From a virus: a stretch of DNA of 40,587 nucleotides. The position numbers were made by a program, and so were the translations under genes. The DNA is taken from the IMG/VR virus record IMGVR_UViG_3300020156_000015, positions 1 through 40,587 of that record; one strand, given 5' to 3'. Positions 15,193 to 22,894 of this stretch are shown in pieces (position 1 is the first letter of the stretch; every line of letters starts with the position of its first letter). The notes under the pieces are model-generated. The model saw only the letters and a list, made by a program, of their open reading frames with translations. It did no database searches and had not been told where the DNA came from.

Positions 15193-15441
15193 TTACCGTC
15201 CACCACCAAATCGGGGGTAGGCCACGTTCCGCGCTCTCTCCAGCGCGTCGTGGGCAAGCGGTCCCACCTGGGACACCGCTCCCCACACTCTCCCCTCCAT
15301 GTCCGGGGGCAGGAGCACGGCCAGCTTGGCGGCGGCCCTCACGAACTCAACGGCTGCTTGGTCGATAGCGTGTCTGTCCATGGCGCCATTAACCGCCCGT
15401 TCACCAAACCCGTAAATTCCAAACGATTGGGGGGTTTTCAC
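15193..15441 (-). CDS. Possible antisense-oriented small protein (82 aa, GTG start); the coding strand here is ambiguous
   Basis: Helical, normal composition. G at codon position 1 is about 49%, against about 31% for the codon-aligned plus-strand ORF, which is about 10% His. No clear SD. Confidence 0.4.
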   Translation of the reverse strand: MKTPQSFGIYGFGERAVNGAMDRHAIDQAAVEFVRAAAKLAVLLPPDMEGRVWGAVSQVGPLAHDALERARNVAYPRFGGGR

Positions 15442-15443
15442 CC

Positions 15444-15932
15444 ATGACGCTCTATCGGGCGCCCGGCACCGTGGCCGACACGTTGGCCCGTGTCATCCGT
15501 CTCTTCAGCGAAGAGGAAGTCATCCGCGCCACCGGCAAGCGGCTGAGCTTCTTCTACAAGGCCAGCCATCCGAACAGCCGGACGGAACTGGACCTGGACG
15601 ACGCGGCCAGCCTGGACGCGCTCCTGGAGAGCAAGGGCTACCAGCCGGAGTTCATCCCTCTGGCCCTTGAGCAGAAGGCCGCGACGCTGCGCCGCCTCGG
15701 CGGCTGCCAGCCGGTGGCGGTCTGCATCCATTCCGAGCTGCACCGCCTCGCCGCGGACGTGGGCGACCTCTGCCGCGTCGTGGACCGGGCGATGGAGGAC
15801 GGCCAGCTCACCCCGCCCGAGCGCCGCGACATCGCCCGCGAGAGCCAGGACGTGATGGACCGCGCCCGGCTGATCCGGGATCACGTAGAGCCCCCGGTCG
15901 CCAACGTCACCCAGCTCCGGGAGACCGCGTGA
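15444..15932 (+). CDS. Hypothetical early protein, possibly a CII(CP76)-like regulator
   Basis: 162-aa ORF. The C-terminal helical region with DGQLTPPERRDIARE resembles phage CII/CP76 from memory only. Confidence 0.6.
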   Translation: MTLYRAPGTVADTLARVIRLFSEEEVIRATGKRLSFFYKASHPNSRTELDLDDAASLDALLESKGYQPEFIPLALEQKAATLRRLGGCQPVAVCIHSELHRLAADVGDLCRVVDRAMEDGQLTPPERRDIARESQDVMDRARLIRDHVEPPVANVTQLRETA

Positions 15933-16195
15933 TGATCGCCGCCGACCACCTCCGCTCCTTCGTGGAGCGCATTGAGCGGCTGAACGAAGAGATCAAGGGC
16001 CTCAACGACGACAAGTCCGAGGTCTTCAAGGAAGCCCGCTCCATGGGCTTCGACGTGAAGACCATGCGCGAGGTGATCAAGCGCCGGGCGATGGAATCCA
16101 ACGACCGGGACGAGCGGGACGCCCTGCTGGAGATGTACTGGTCCGCGCTCCACTCCGGCGCCTCGTGCGCGCACGTACGCGAGGAGGCCGCGTGA
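15929..16195 (+). CDS. gapR: GapR-like (DUF2312) nucleoid-associated DNA-binding protein
   Basis: LRSFVERIERLNEEIKGLNDDKSEVFKEARSMGFDVKTMREVIKRR closely follows the GapR/DUF2312 consensus. Confidence 0.85.
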   Translation: MMIAADHLRSFVERIERLNEEIKGLNDDKSEVFKEARSMGFDVKTMREVIKRRAMESNDRDERDALLEMYWSALHSGASCAHVREEAA

Positions 16196-16605
16196 TGAAG
16201 GTAGCTCCGGAGCTTCGCGAGCAATTCCGGGCCGACTGGGCCAACGGCGTTGATATCGCCGAGATGCGCCGCAAGTACGGTCTCGGCCACAACATGGTGC
16301 GGAAGACGGCGAGGGAACTGGGCGCGTCCCGGTCGGAAGAGTATCTGTCCCGCATCCGCGCCCTGGCGATCGCCAACATCGTCCGGAACAACCAGGCCCG
16401 CGCCCACCCGCCGGAAATCAAGCCGGGGGACGCGCCGCCGCCCCCGACAGAGTTTGGCTATGTGCGGGGCATGGACATTGCCGCGGTCTACGGCTCCCGT
16501 CGCTATGGCACCTGCATTGAGGCCATCCGGGACGTAGGCAGCACCCACGCTATCAGCCGTCCTGACAGCATGTCCGCCCCTTCCTCGCTGCTGAGGGTGG
16601 CATGA
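16195..16605 (+). CDS. Hypothetical protein with an N-terminal HTH-like segment
   Basis: ATG 16195 shares 1 nt with the gapR-like stop. DIAEMRRKYGLGHNMVRKTAREL. Confidence 0.65.
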   Translation: MKVAPELREQFRADWANGVDIAEMRRKYGLGHNMVRKTARELGASRSEEYLSRIRALAIANIVRNNQARAHPPEIKPGDAPPPPTEFGYVRGMDIAAVYGSRRYGTCIEAIRDVGSTHAISRPDSMSAPSSLLRVA

Positions 16606-16934
16606 TCGACGTGACCATTCCCGTTCCCCCATCCTCCAACGCGCTCTTCCGCAACGTCCCCGGCAAGGGTCGCGTGAAGACCGGAGACTACAAGCGGTGG
16701 CTTAACGAGGCGGGCTGGCAGCTGCTGGCCCAGAAGCCCGCGCCCATCACCGGCCGGGTCAACCTCACCCTCGACGTGCAGCGCTCCCGGGGCGACGTGT
16801 CCAACCGCGTCAAGGCCGCGGAAGACCTCCTGGTCCGTCATGGACTGATTGAAGACGACCGCCTTGTGCAGTCCATCACCGCCCGCTGGTCGGATGAGGT
16901 GGTGGGCTGCCGTGTCATGGTGGAGGCCGCATGA
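16602..16934 (+). CDS. rusA: RusA-family Holliday junction resolvase
   Basis: PPSSN near the N-terminus, and DVSNRVKAAEDLL...EDDRLV matching the RusA D-x-D-N...K...D...DD pattern. Confidence 0.85.
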   Translation: MIDVTIPVPPSSNALFRNVPGKGRVKTGDYKRWLNEAGWQLLAQKPAPITGRVNLTLDVQRSRGDVSNRVKAAEDLLVRHGLIEDDRLVQSITARWSDEVVGCRVMVEAA

Positions 16935-17383
16935 CCATCGCCGTGGTCCCGATCGACTTGCGAGAGGCGAACGCCTTCGTTGCCAGCCACCACCGGCACA
17001 ACAAGCCGGTGCAGGGTGCCCGCTTCTCTATCGGCGCGAGCATGGACGGGCAACTCTGGGGAGTTGCCATTGTGGGGCGCCCGGTGGCTCGCATGCTTCA
17101 GGATGGGTTCACAGCCGAAGTGACCCGTCTGTGCGTCCGTGACGGGGCGCCCAAGGGGACTTGCTCGTTCCTGTACCAGCGTGCCTGGCGCATCTGGCAG
17201 GGCATGGGCGGGAAGCGCCTAGTGACTTACACGCTGGCGTCAGAGCCCGGCTCTAGCCTGCGCGGAGCGGGATGGAAGCTCGCAGGGGAAACGCCTGCGT
17301 CCGATGGCTGGTCAAAGTCGCGCCCAGGCCGGAAGTGGCAGCCGGTCTACGGTCAGCAGAAGTTTCGGTGGGAGGCCGCATGA
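16931..17383 (+). CDS. XF1762-family GNAT-fold protein (Mom-related family; possible DNA modification)
   Basis: ANAFVASHHRHNKPVQGARFSIG ... GVAIVGRPVARMLQDGFTAEVTRLC ... LVTYTL..EPGSSLRGAGW. The family is recalled from memory. Confidence 0.65.
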   Translation: MTIAVVPIDLREANAFVASHHRHNKPVQGARFSIGASMDGQLWGVAIVGRPVARMLQDGFTAEVTRLCVRDGAPKGTCSFLYQRAWRIWQGMGGKRLVTYTLASEPGSSLRGAGWKLAGETPASDGWSKSRPGRKWQPVYGQQKFRWEAA

Positions 17384-17583
17384 CGACCCCCACTGACCTC
17401 CGCATCCGCGCCCGCTCCCGCTGTGCAGAAGCACGCCAGGAGACGGCCCGTCAGTACCAGCTGACCCATGACCAGCTCCGCCGTGAGGTAGAGAGCCGAC
17501 AGGCCCGCCAGCAGGCATCCGCAGAGCGCAAGACACTCTGGGGCGTCCTCCTCGCCAGGCTCACGCCCAGGGGGAATGCATGA
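17380..17583 (+). CDS. Small hypothetical protein (67 aa)
   Basis: Internal ATG 17380 with ATGA overlap. Arg/Gln-rich helix. Confidence 0.55.
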   Translation: MTTPTDLRIRARSRCAEARQETARQYQLTHDQLRREVESRQARQQASAERKTLWGVLLARLTPRGNA

Positions 17584-18290
17584 GCCTGTCCCCGGCCATC
17601 ATTGATGCCTTGGTGGCCTCTGGCGTGAGCGCGGAACAACTCGGCGCAGCGATGAAGGCTGCGCTTCAGGCGGAAGAGTCTGCCCGGGCGGAGCGCAGGG
17701 CAAAGGCAGCAGAGCGCCAGCGCAAGAGCCGCGCCGGCCGCAAGCTGTCACGAGATGTCACTGTGACAGAGCGTGACTCACGCGAACAGAACGTGACCGC
17801 CCCTGATGGTTCCTGTCCCCCAGACCCCCTTAACCTCCTTAACCCAGATACCCCCCCTTCGCCCCCTAAAGGGGGCTCAGTACCCCCACGGAAACGGGCA
17901 ACCGAGGGCAGTCGCTTGGCGACCGACTTCGAGCTGCCCGACGACTGGCGAGCCTGGGCGATCAGTGCCGGGCTCGACCCGCCGAGGGTGACGCTGGAGG
18001 CGGAGAAATTCCGCGACTTCTGGTGCGGCAAGCCCGGCAAGGACGGCCGCAAGTCTGATTGGCCCGGAACATGGCGGAATTGGGTCCGCCGAGCCCTGGA
18101 GAGCCCGAATGCCCGACAATCACCTGACCGCCATCGCTACGCCGAACGCCGTGGCGGGTTTGGCACAGTGCTCGCCGAACTTAGCGAAGGCCTTGGAGAC
18201 CCCCACGGAGGGCTATCAGGGGCCGGACGGATTCAGCCTTCGCCCGACGACCTGGAAGTGCCCTTCCAATCCTTCAGCGGAGCTGCGTAG
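17580..18290 (+). CDS. Putative replication initiation protein (O-like; carries iterons internally)
   Basis: FELPDDWRAWA...EKFRDFWCGKPGKDGRKSDWPGTWRNWVRRA motif typical of phage replication proteins. A GTGAC/GTCAC iteron cluster lies inside the gene. Confidence 0.6.
   Translation: MSLSPAIIDALVASGVSAEQLGAAMKAALQAEESARAERRAKAAERQRKSRAGRKLSRDVTVTERDSREQNVTAPDGSCPPDPLNLLNPDTPPSPPKGGSVPPRKRATEGSRLATDFELPDDWRAWAISAGLDPPRVTLEAEKFRDFWCGKPGKDGRKSDWPGTWRNWVRRALESPNARQSPDRHRYAERRGGFGTVLAELSEGLGDPHGGLSGAGRIQPSPDDLEVPFQSFSGAA
17746..17797. repeat. Iteron-like cluster: five GTGAC/GTCAC pentamers including the palindrome TGTCACTGTGACA (candidate origin)
   Basis: TGTCAC 17746, TGTCAC 17756, GTGACA 17763, GTGAC 17773, GTGAC 17793. 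Followed by a less GC-rich CCTTAAC x2 stretch and the palindrome CCCCCTAAAGGGGG (17862-17875). Confidence 0.5.
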
Positions 18291-18741
18291 GGAGGCGAAC
18301 GAGCGGGCCGCCTCGCTGTCCGTCAACCTCCGGACGCCGGCCACCGCAAACCACTGCGCCCGCTGGCTGGCGAGCCTCGGAAACCTCGTGGCCGGGCAGA
18401 TGAGCGCCCAGGACGTGCGGGACAAGCTGACCGCCTACGCCGGCAACCTCGACTACCCCGCCGGGCTCTACACCCAGGACAGCCTGAAGGCGGCCGGCAA
18501 GCGCTTCAAGTGGTTCCCCTCCTTCGCCGAGCTGACTGAGTTCCTCGACGCCCGCAAGGCCGACATGGAGGCGGAGCTATCCCGCTGCCGAGCGATCGCC
18601 CGAGGCGGGAACGACGGCGGATCGGCCCCGGCAGCACCGGCCAACCACCGCACCGAGCGCACGCCAGAAGATTGGGAATGGGCTCACAAGCTCGTTGCCG
18701 ACGCCACGCAACGCATCACCGCAGCAGCACAGGGACGCTGA
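18109..18741 (+). CDS. Hypothetical replication-module protein (true start probably downstream of 18109)
   Basis: The 210-aa ORF overlaps the previous gene by 182 nt. The non-overlapped part (from about 18290) has normal composition. Confidence 0.55.
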   Translation: MPDNHLTAIATPNAVAGLAQCSPNLAKALETPTEGYQGPDGFSLRPTTWKCPSNPSAELRREANERAASLSVNLRTPATANHCARWLASLGNLVAGQMSAQDVRDKLTAYAGNLDYPAGLYTQDSLKAAGKRFKWFPSFAELTEFLDARKADMEAELSRCRAIARGGNDGGSAPAAPANHRTERTPEDWEWAHKLVADATQRITAAAQGR

Positions 18742-18799
18742 CATGAGACAGGCCGGCATCAACCCCCGAAACCGCACCGATCTTTGCGGGAGGCAGACA

Positions 18800-18982
18800 A
18801 TGACCGAAAGCAAACAAGGCCCCGGTCAGACGCTCCGCCTCAACGAGATCGCATTCGATCTGCTGGACCAGCTGACGCTGGAGCAGCGGCGCGCTCGCGG
18901 GCGCCCGATCCGCAAGCATGACCTCCTTGTGGAAGCGGTCAACGATCTCTTCCGCAAGTACGGCAAGCCGCCCGTCGCATGA
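18800..18982 (+). CDS. Ribbon-helix-helix-like small protein (60 aa)
   Basis: Internal ATG 18800 with SD GGGAGG. QTLRLNEIAFDLLDQL resembles an RHH strand-helix. Confidence 0.6.
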   Translation: MTESKQGPGQTLRLNEIAFDLLDQLTLEQRRARGRPIRKHDLLVEAVNDLFRKYGKPPVA

Positions 18983-19018
18983 CCGCAGCCATCCAAGCCA
19001 ACCCGCAGAGGTGAGGAG

Positions 19019-19207
19019 ATGGGTCTCCGCTCCGTCTTCCACGACTTCGACCCTGACACGTGGTTCTGCACCCGCTGCGCCCACTCGATGGGTGAGGCCA
19101 TGACGGATGGGTCATGGGTCTGCCCAGCAACCGACAACGTGACAGGCATAGCCCACCTCATTGCGAGACGCAGGGCGGATCAGACCTTCAGAGACAGACA
19201 GGGGTAG
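19019..19207 (+). CDS. Small Cys-containing hypothetical protein (62 aa)
   Basis: SD GAGGTGAGGAG before the ATG. Confidence 0.6.
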   Translation: MGLRSVFHDFDPDTWFCTRCAHSMGEAMTDGSWVCPATDNVTGIAHLIARRRADQTFRDRQG

Positions 19208-19212
19208 GGGAG

Positions 19213-19386
19213 ATGGAGCATTGGGAATGGCCGCAGTGGGTCTACGCCGGGCTTTTCGCCTTCAGCGTGCTCATGAATCTGGGCCTGCATGGTGAGCCGC
19301 GCACCGGGAAGTACAACGGCGGTGTTGGGCTGTTCAGCGTCGGCCTGGCCTCCTGGATTCTGTACTGCGGGGGCTTCTGGTCATGA
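19213..19386 (+). CDS. Small two-TM membrane protein (57 aa)
   Basis: Internal ATG 19213 with SD GGGGAG. Two hydrophobic segments. Confidence 0.55.
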   Translation: MEHWEWPQWVYAGLFAFSVLMNLGLHGEPRTGKYNGGVGLFSVGLASWILYCGGFWS

Positions 19387-19697
19387 CCCCCTCCGATCTC
19401 AGAGAGAAGGTGGCGAGGGCGATCTGCCGGGCCGAGCACCCAATGGCGGACCTGGATGCCGAATATGGCTTCAACTGCGCCAGTGAGTTTGTGCCGGGTG
19501 GCGAAGGGGGCGAGACGAAGCCTCACGCTTGGCTCTGGTATGTGGGCCACGCAGACGCAGCCCTCAAGGTCGTCCTGACCCACTGTGCGGAGATGGCGGA
19601 GCACAACGCCCGGTTCGCATACGGCTACCACGCCCGGCGGACAGGCGAACTGATCGCCCAATCCATCCGCTCCCTCATACCGGAGAGCAAGTCGTGA
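19383..19697 (+). CDS. Hypothetical protein (104 aa)
   Basis: ATGA overlap upstream and GTGA overlap downstream. Confidence 0.65.
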   Translation: MTPSDLREKVARAICRAEHPMADLDAEYGFNCASEFVPGGEGGETKPHAWLWYVGHADAALKVVLTHCAEMAEHNARFAYGYHARRTGELIAQSIRSLIPESKS

Positions 19698-20203
19698 GCA
19701 AGCCCGCACGCAAGCGCAAGTCGCAGCACCCCACCTCAGACCTCGGCACTCCTGAGAGAGCCAATCACGGCGGCATCTCCCTAGAACCCGTAGACCGTGA
19801 CCTACGGGGCAACGTCCGCCAGATGCGGGCGCATGTCCGTGTAGAATGCGTCCTGGACGCCTACTGGACACGCTGCCAGATCATCGACCGTCAGCGGGAG
19901 GCGGGGCTACGCTTCCGCGACCTGTGGGAGCGCAGCACCACGGTTCCCCGCGTCACTGCCCGGTATGACGAGCGCACCCCGGCCGGCGGCTCTGCAGACG
20001 CCACAGCGCGCATCCAGGACGCCAAGGAGCGGCTCGCATCGGCCCTGCGCCAGATGCCAGCCCAAGAGGCCATGGTGACCATCGCCGTCTGCGGCCATAA
20101 CGAGTGGGCCGGAGGCACCCGCAGGTTGGAGGCGTTGCGCCGCGGACTCACCTCCCTTGCCGATTACTGGCGTATCGAGATGGCGGCACGCACAGCATGT
20201 TGA
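19694..20203 (+). CDS. Hypothetical protein, last gene of the rightward early operon (possible late-gene regulator)
   Basis: GTG 19694 with SD GGAGAG and GTGA overlap. The regulator guess rests only on its position just before the packaging genes. Confidence 0.55.
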   Translation: MSKPARKRKSQHPTSDLGTPERANHGGISLEPVDRDLRGNVRQMRAHVRVECVLDAYWTRCQIIDRQREAGLRFRDLWERSTTVPRVTARYDERTPAGGSADATARIQDAKERLASALRQMPAQEAMVTIAVCGHNEWAGGTRRLEALRRGLTSLADYWRIEMAARTAC

Positions 20204-20252
20204 CACGCGCACGTTTCCCCGATAGGTTGGGGTAGGCTCGCGCGAGCCGCGT

Positions 20253-20684
20253 CTAGGCGGCGTTCACAAGCCGGACTTCCACGCGTTTGCCCATCACCGC
20301 TAGAGCGGATTGGAATTTGTCGGCCTGAGATGGATGGCGCGGATCAAGGAGCCTGTCCACCTGGGGGCGGTGCCATGATAGCCGCCGGGCAAGTTCAGCT
20401 TTTGACCATTTCAGCTCTAGCATGGCTTGGTGAATGGCTATTGCCAGGCTGGCTTGCACGGACGGGAGTATGGCGCGCCCTTCGCGCACTTCCTGGACCT
20501 CTGGGATTTGATCCTTGTGGGCGATCCTTGCGGCAATCGCTTCCTCCAGGGCCGAAATGGCATTTGTGAGCGCGTCGGCCTCGTCTTCGCCAAAGGTGGT
20601 CAGTTCGGGGAAGTCCGGAGAGGTCACGAGGAACGTTCCATTATCGTCTGGGGTCAGTTCGATCCTGTAGCCGATGTGGGACAT
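20253..20684 (-). CDS. hicB: HicB-family antitoxin with a C-terminal HTH
   Basis: The N-terminus YRIELTPDDNGTFLVTSPDFPELTTFGEDEADAL is a HicB-fold signature. C-terminal HTH WSKAELARRLSWHRPQVDRLL. Confidence 0.85.
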   Translation of the reverse strand: MSHIGYRIELTPDDNGTFLVTSPDFPELTTFGEDEADALTNAISALEEAIAARIAHKDQIPEVQEVREGRAILPSVQASLAIAIHQAMLELKWSKAELARRLSWHRPQVDRLLDPRHPSQADKFQSALAVMGKRVEVRLVNAA

Positions 20685-20715
20685 GTGTGGTGTCTTTCGC
20701 AGGCGGGTTGATTGC

Positions 20716-20904
20716 TCATTTTAGGCCAAGGTCCTTCTTGATCTTGTTGACCAAGCCAGTGCCAAGTTCCTTGGCCGCCCCATGCATGGGGAGCTGGGAT
20801 GTCTTGTCGCCCAGGATCACTGTGAGGTGGCCGCTGCCGCCTTTGTGGCTCTCGAACTGGCACCCTTGTGCCTTGAGCCATTTCTTGAGTTCCTGAGCGT
20901 TCAT
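20716..20904 (-). CDS. hicA: HicA-family mRNA interferase toxin
   Basis: 62 aa from internal ATG 20904. ELKKWLKAQGCQFESHKGGSGHLTV...LPMHG.KELGTGLVNKIKKDLGL is the HicA pattern. Confidence 0.85.
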   Translation of the reverse strand: MNAQELKKWLKAQGCQFESHKGGSGHLTVILGDKTSQLPMHGAAKELGTGLVNKIKKDLGLK

Positions 20905-20908
20905 GCAT

Positions 20909-20962
20909 GCAACATAGGTGTTGCGCGCGGCGTTGTCAATTACAATGCAACACGTATGTTGC
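20909..20962 (-). promoter_or_regulatory. hicAB promoter with two palindromic operators
   Basis: GCAACATAGGTGTTGC (20909-20924) and GCAACACGTATGTTGC (20947-20962). On the minus strand, TTGACA (20939-20934), 17 nt, TATGTT (20916-20911). The -10 ends 6 nt before the ATG. Confidence 0.65.
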
Positions 20963-21035
20963 TTCTGGGTTCCGACAGACTGGCCAACAATCCCCTCGGG
21001 GAACTGGCACTTGAAATCATTCAAGAGGAATCAAG

Positions 21036-21332
21036 ATGGTGAGCGGACACGGTGGCCGCCGCCCTGGTGCTGGCCGCAAGGCTGGAACGGCCACCCAGAA
21101 GACACGGGACATTGCCGACCGAGCGGCTTCAGAGGGGAAGACGCCGCTAGAAGTCATGCTCGACGTGATGCGGCGCGCGTCGTTTCAGCAGGACGATGCC
21201 CTGGCCCTTGAAGCAGCCAAGAGCGCTGCGCCTTACGTTCACCCGCGGCTGTCGAGCATCGAGCACGGGGGGAAGGATGGGCAGCCCCTGCAGTTGGAAG
21301 TGGTGAGCGGCGTTCCCCGTGCCGCGGATTGA
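21036..21332 (+). CDS. terS: Terminase small subunit
   Basis: GGRRPGAGRKAG N-terminus and AAPYVHPRL motif. Immediately upstream of TerL and overlapping it. Confidence 0.7.
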   Translation: MVSGHGGRRPGAGRKAGTATQKTRDIADRAASEGKTPLEVMLDVMRRASFQQDDALALEAAKSAAPYVHPRLSSIEHGGKDGQPLQLEVVSGVPRAAD

Positions 21333-22659
21333 CCTGGGCTACAGAGCCCGCCCGCAGTTCGAGCCCTTCCACATGCGCCGGCAGCGTTGGTCCTGCCTTG
21401 TGGCGCATCGGCGCGCGGGCAAGACGGTCGCGTGTGTCGCTGATCTGGTAGACGCTGCGCTGAGGTGCCGGAAGCCAGAGCCGCGCTTCGCCTACATCGC
21501 GCCTCTGTTCGTCCAGGCCAAGGACGTGGCGTGGGCCTACGTGAAGCGCTTCACTGCCCCGATCCCGGGTGTTCAGTTCAACGAAGCCGAGCTGCGCGTT
21601 GACCTGCCCAACAAGGCGCGGATCAGGCTCTACGGGGCAGACAACTACGACCGGCTGCGCGGCCTGTACCTGGATGGCGTCATTCTGGACGAGTACGCAG
21701 ACATGCCGCCCGCTGCCTGGGGTGAGGTGATCCGGCCGGCGCTGGCCGATCGCCAAGGCTGGGCGGTGTTCATCGGAACGCCAAAGGGGCGCAACCTCTT
21801 CTGGGAGAAGTGGGAGCAGGCGAAGAGCGACCCGGAATGGTTCGCCATGATGCTGCGGGCCAGCGAGACCGGGCTGTTGCCGCCGGGAGAGCTTGAGGCG
21901 GCCCGGGGTGAGATGACGCCCGAGCAGTACGAGCAGGAGTTCGAGTGCAGCTTTGAGGCTGCGATCATCGGCGCCTATTACGGCAAGGAACTAGCCGACG
22001 CCGAGCGGGGTGGCCGCATCGCCGATGTGCCGTATGAACCCGCCCTGAAAGTCCACACAGCATGGGACCTCGGCATCGGCGACAGCACGGCCATCTGGTT
22101 CTTCCAGGTCGCGGCCGGTGAGATTCGGGTGATCGACCACTACGAGAACCACGGTCAGAACCTGGCGCACTACGCAGGCGTGCTGGCGAGCAAGCCGTAT
22201 CAGTATGAGCACGACTGGGTGCCGCACGACGCGCGCGTGCAGGAGCTGGGAACGGGGCGCACGCGAATTGAGACGCTCATAGGCCTGGGCCGCAAGCCGC
22301 GGCTGGTGCCAGACCACGGCCGCGAGGATGGCATTAACGCGGCTCGCCTGACGCTGCCGCGGTGTTGGTTTGACGCGGTGAGGTGCCGGGACGGTATCGA
22401 GGCGCTGAGGCAGTACCGCACCGAGTACGACGAGAAGACGCGGGCCTTCAAGAACACCCCGCGCCATGACTGGACATCGCACACGGCAGACGCCTTCCGG
22501 TACCTGGCGATGGCGTGGCGCGAACTGAAGGCGCCAGAGCCGCCGAAGCTGGCCCCCCAACATCCCTTTGAAGGCCTTCCTGACGGCTCCATCCGCTCGA
22601 CTCTGACATTCCGGGAAATGGTCGAGCGGCAGGCGCGCAAGCGGAACAGAGAGGACTGA
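21319..22659 (+). CDS. terL: Terminase large subunit
   Basis: 446 aa, GTG start. Walker A AHRRAGKT, a Walker B-like LDGVILDEYA, and a C-terminal nuclease region with WDLGIGDSTAIWF. Confidence 0.9.
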   Translation: MPRIDLGYRARPQFEPFHMRRQRWSCLVAHRRAGKTVACVADLVDAALRCRKPEPRFAYIAPLFVQAKDVAWAYVKRFTAPIPGVQFNEAELRVDLPNKARIRLYGADNYDRLRGLYLDGVILDEYADMPPAAWGEVIRPALADRQGWAVFIGTPKGRNLFWEKWEQAKSDPEWFAMMLRASETGLLPPGELEAARGEMTPEQYEQEFECSFEAAIIGAYYGKELADAERGGRIADVPYEPALKVHTAWDLGIGDSTAIWFFQVAAGEIRVIDHYENHGQNLAHYAGVLASKPYQYEHDWVPHDARVQELGTGRTRIETLIGLGRKPRLVPDHGREDGINAARLTLPRCWFDAVRCRDGIEALRQYRTEYDEKTRAFKNTPRHDWTSHTADAFRYLAMAWRELKAPEPPKLAPQHPFEGLPDGSIRSTLTFREMVERQARKRNRED

Positions 22660-22662
22660 CCC

Positions 22663-22893
22663 ATGGAAGTGGCGAACTACGTCAAGGCCGCGGCGGTGAC
22701 GCCCAGCGACAGCACCGTCGTGGATTGCGTCGGGTTCTTCGTGGGCGTGACGGGCAATGTGGCGATCACGCCGCTGAAGGGCTCGACTGCGGTGACGCTC
22801 AAGGGCTGCATTGCGGGGACGGTCTACCCGATCGCCTGCAACAAGATCATGAGCACCAGCACCACGGCTACCGACATCGTGGCGCTGTACTGA
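22663..22893 (+). CDS. Small hypothetical virion-module protein (76 aa)
   Basis: ORF between TerL and the portal gene. Confidence 0.65.
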   Translation: MEVANYVKAAAVTPSDSTVVDCVGFFVGVTGNVAITPLKGSTAVTLKGCIAGTVYPIACNKIMSTSTTATDIVALY

Positions 22894-22894
22894 G

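Noticed and set aside
15076-15447. Plus-strand 123-aa ORF with an SD and ATGA coupling, which would fit the early-right operon.
   Set aside because: The product is about 10% His and S/G/R-rich with low G at codon position 1, typical of the shadow of the codon-aligned minus-strand ORF. It is kept as an open question in findings and not called as a CDS.
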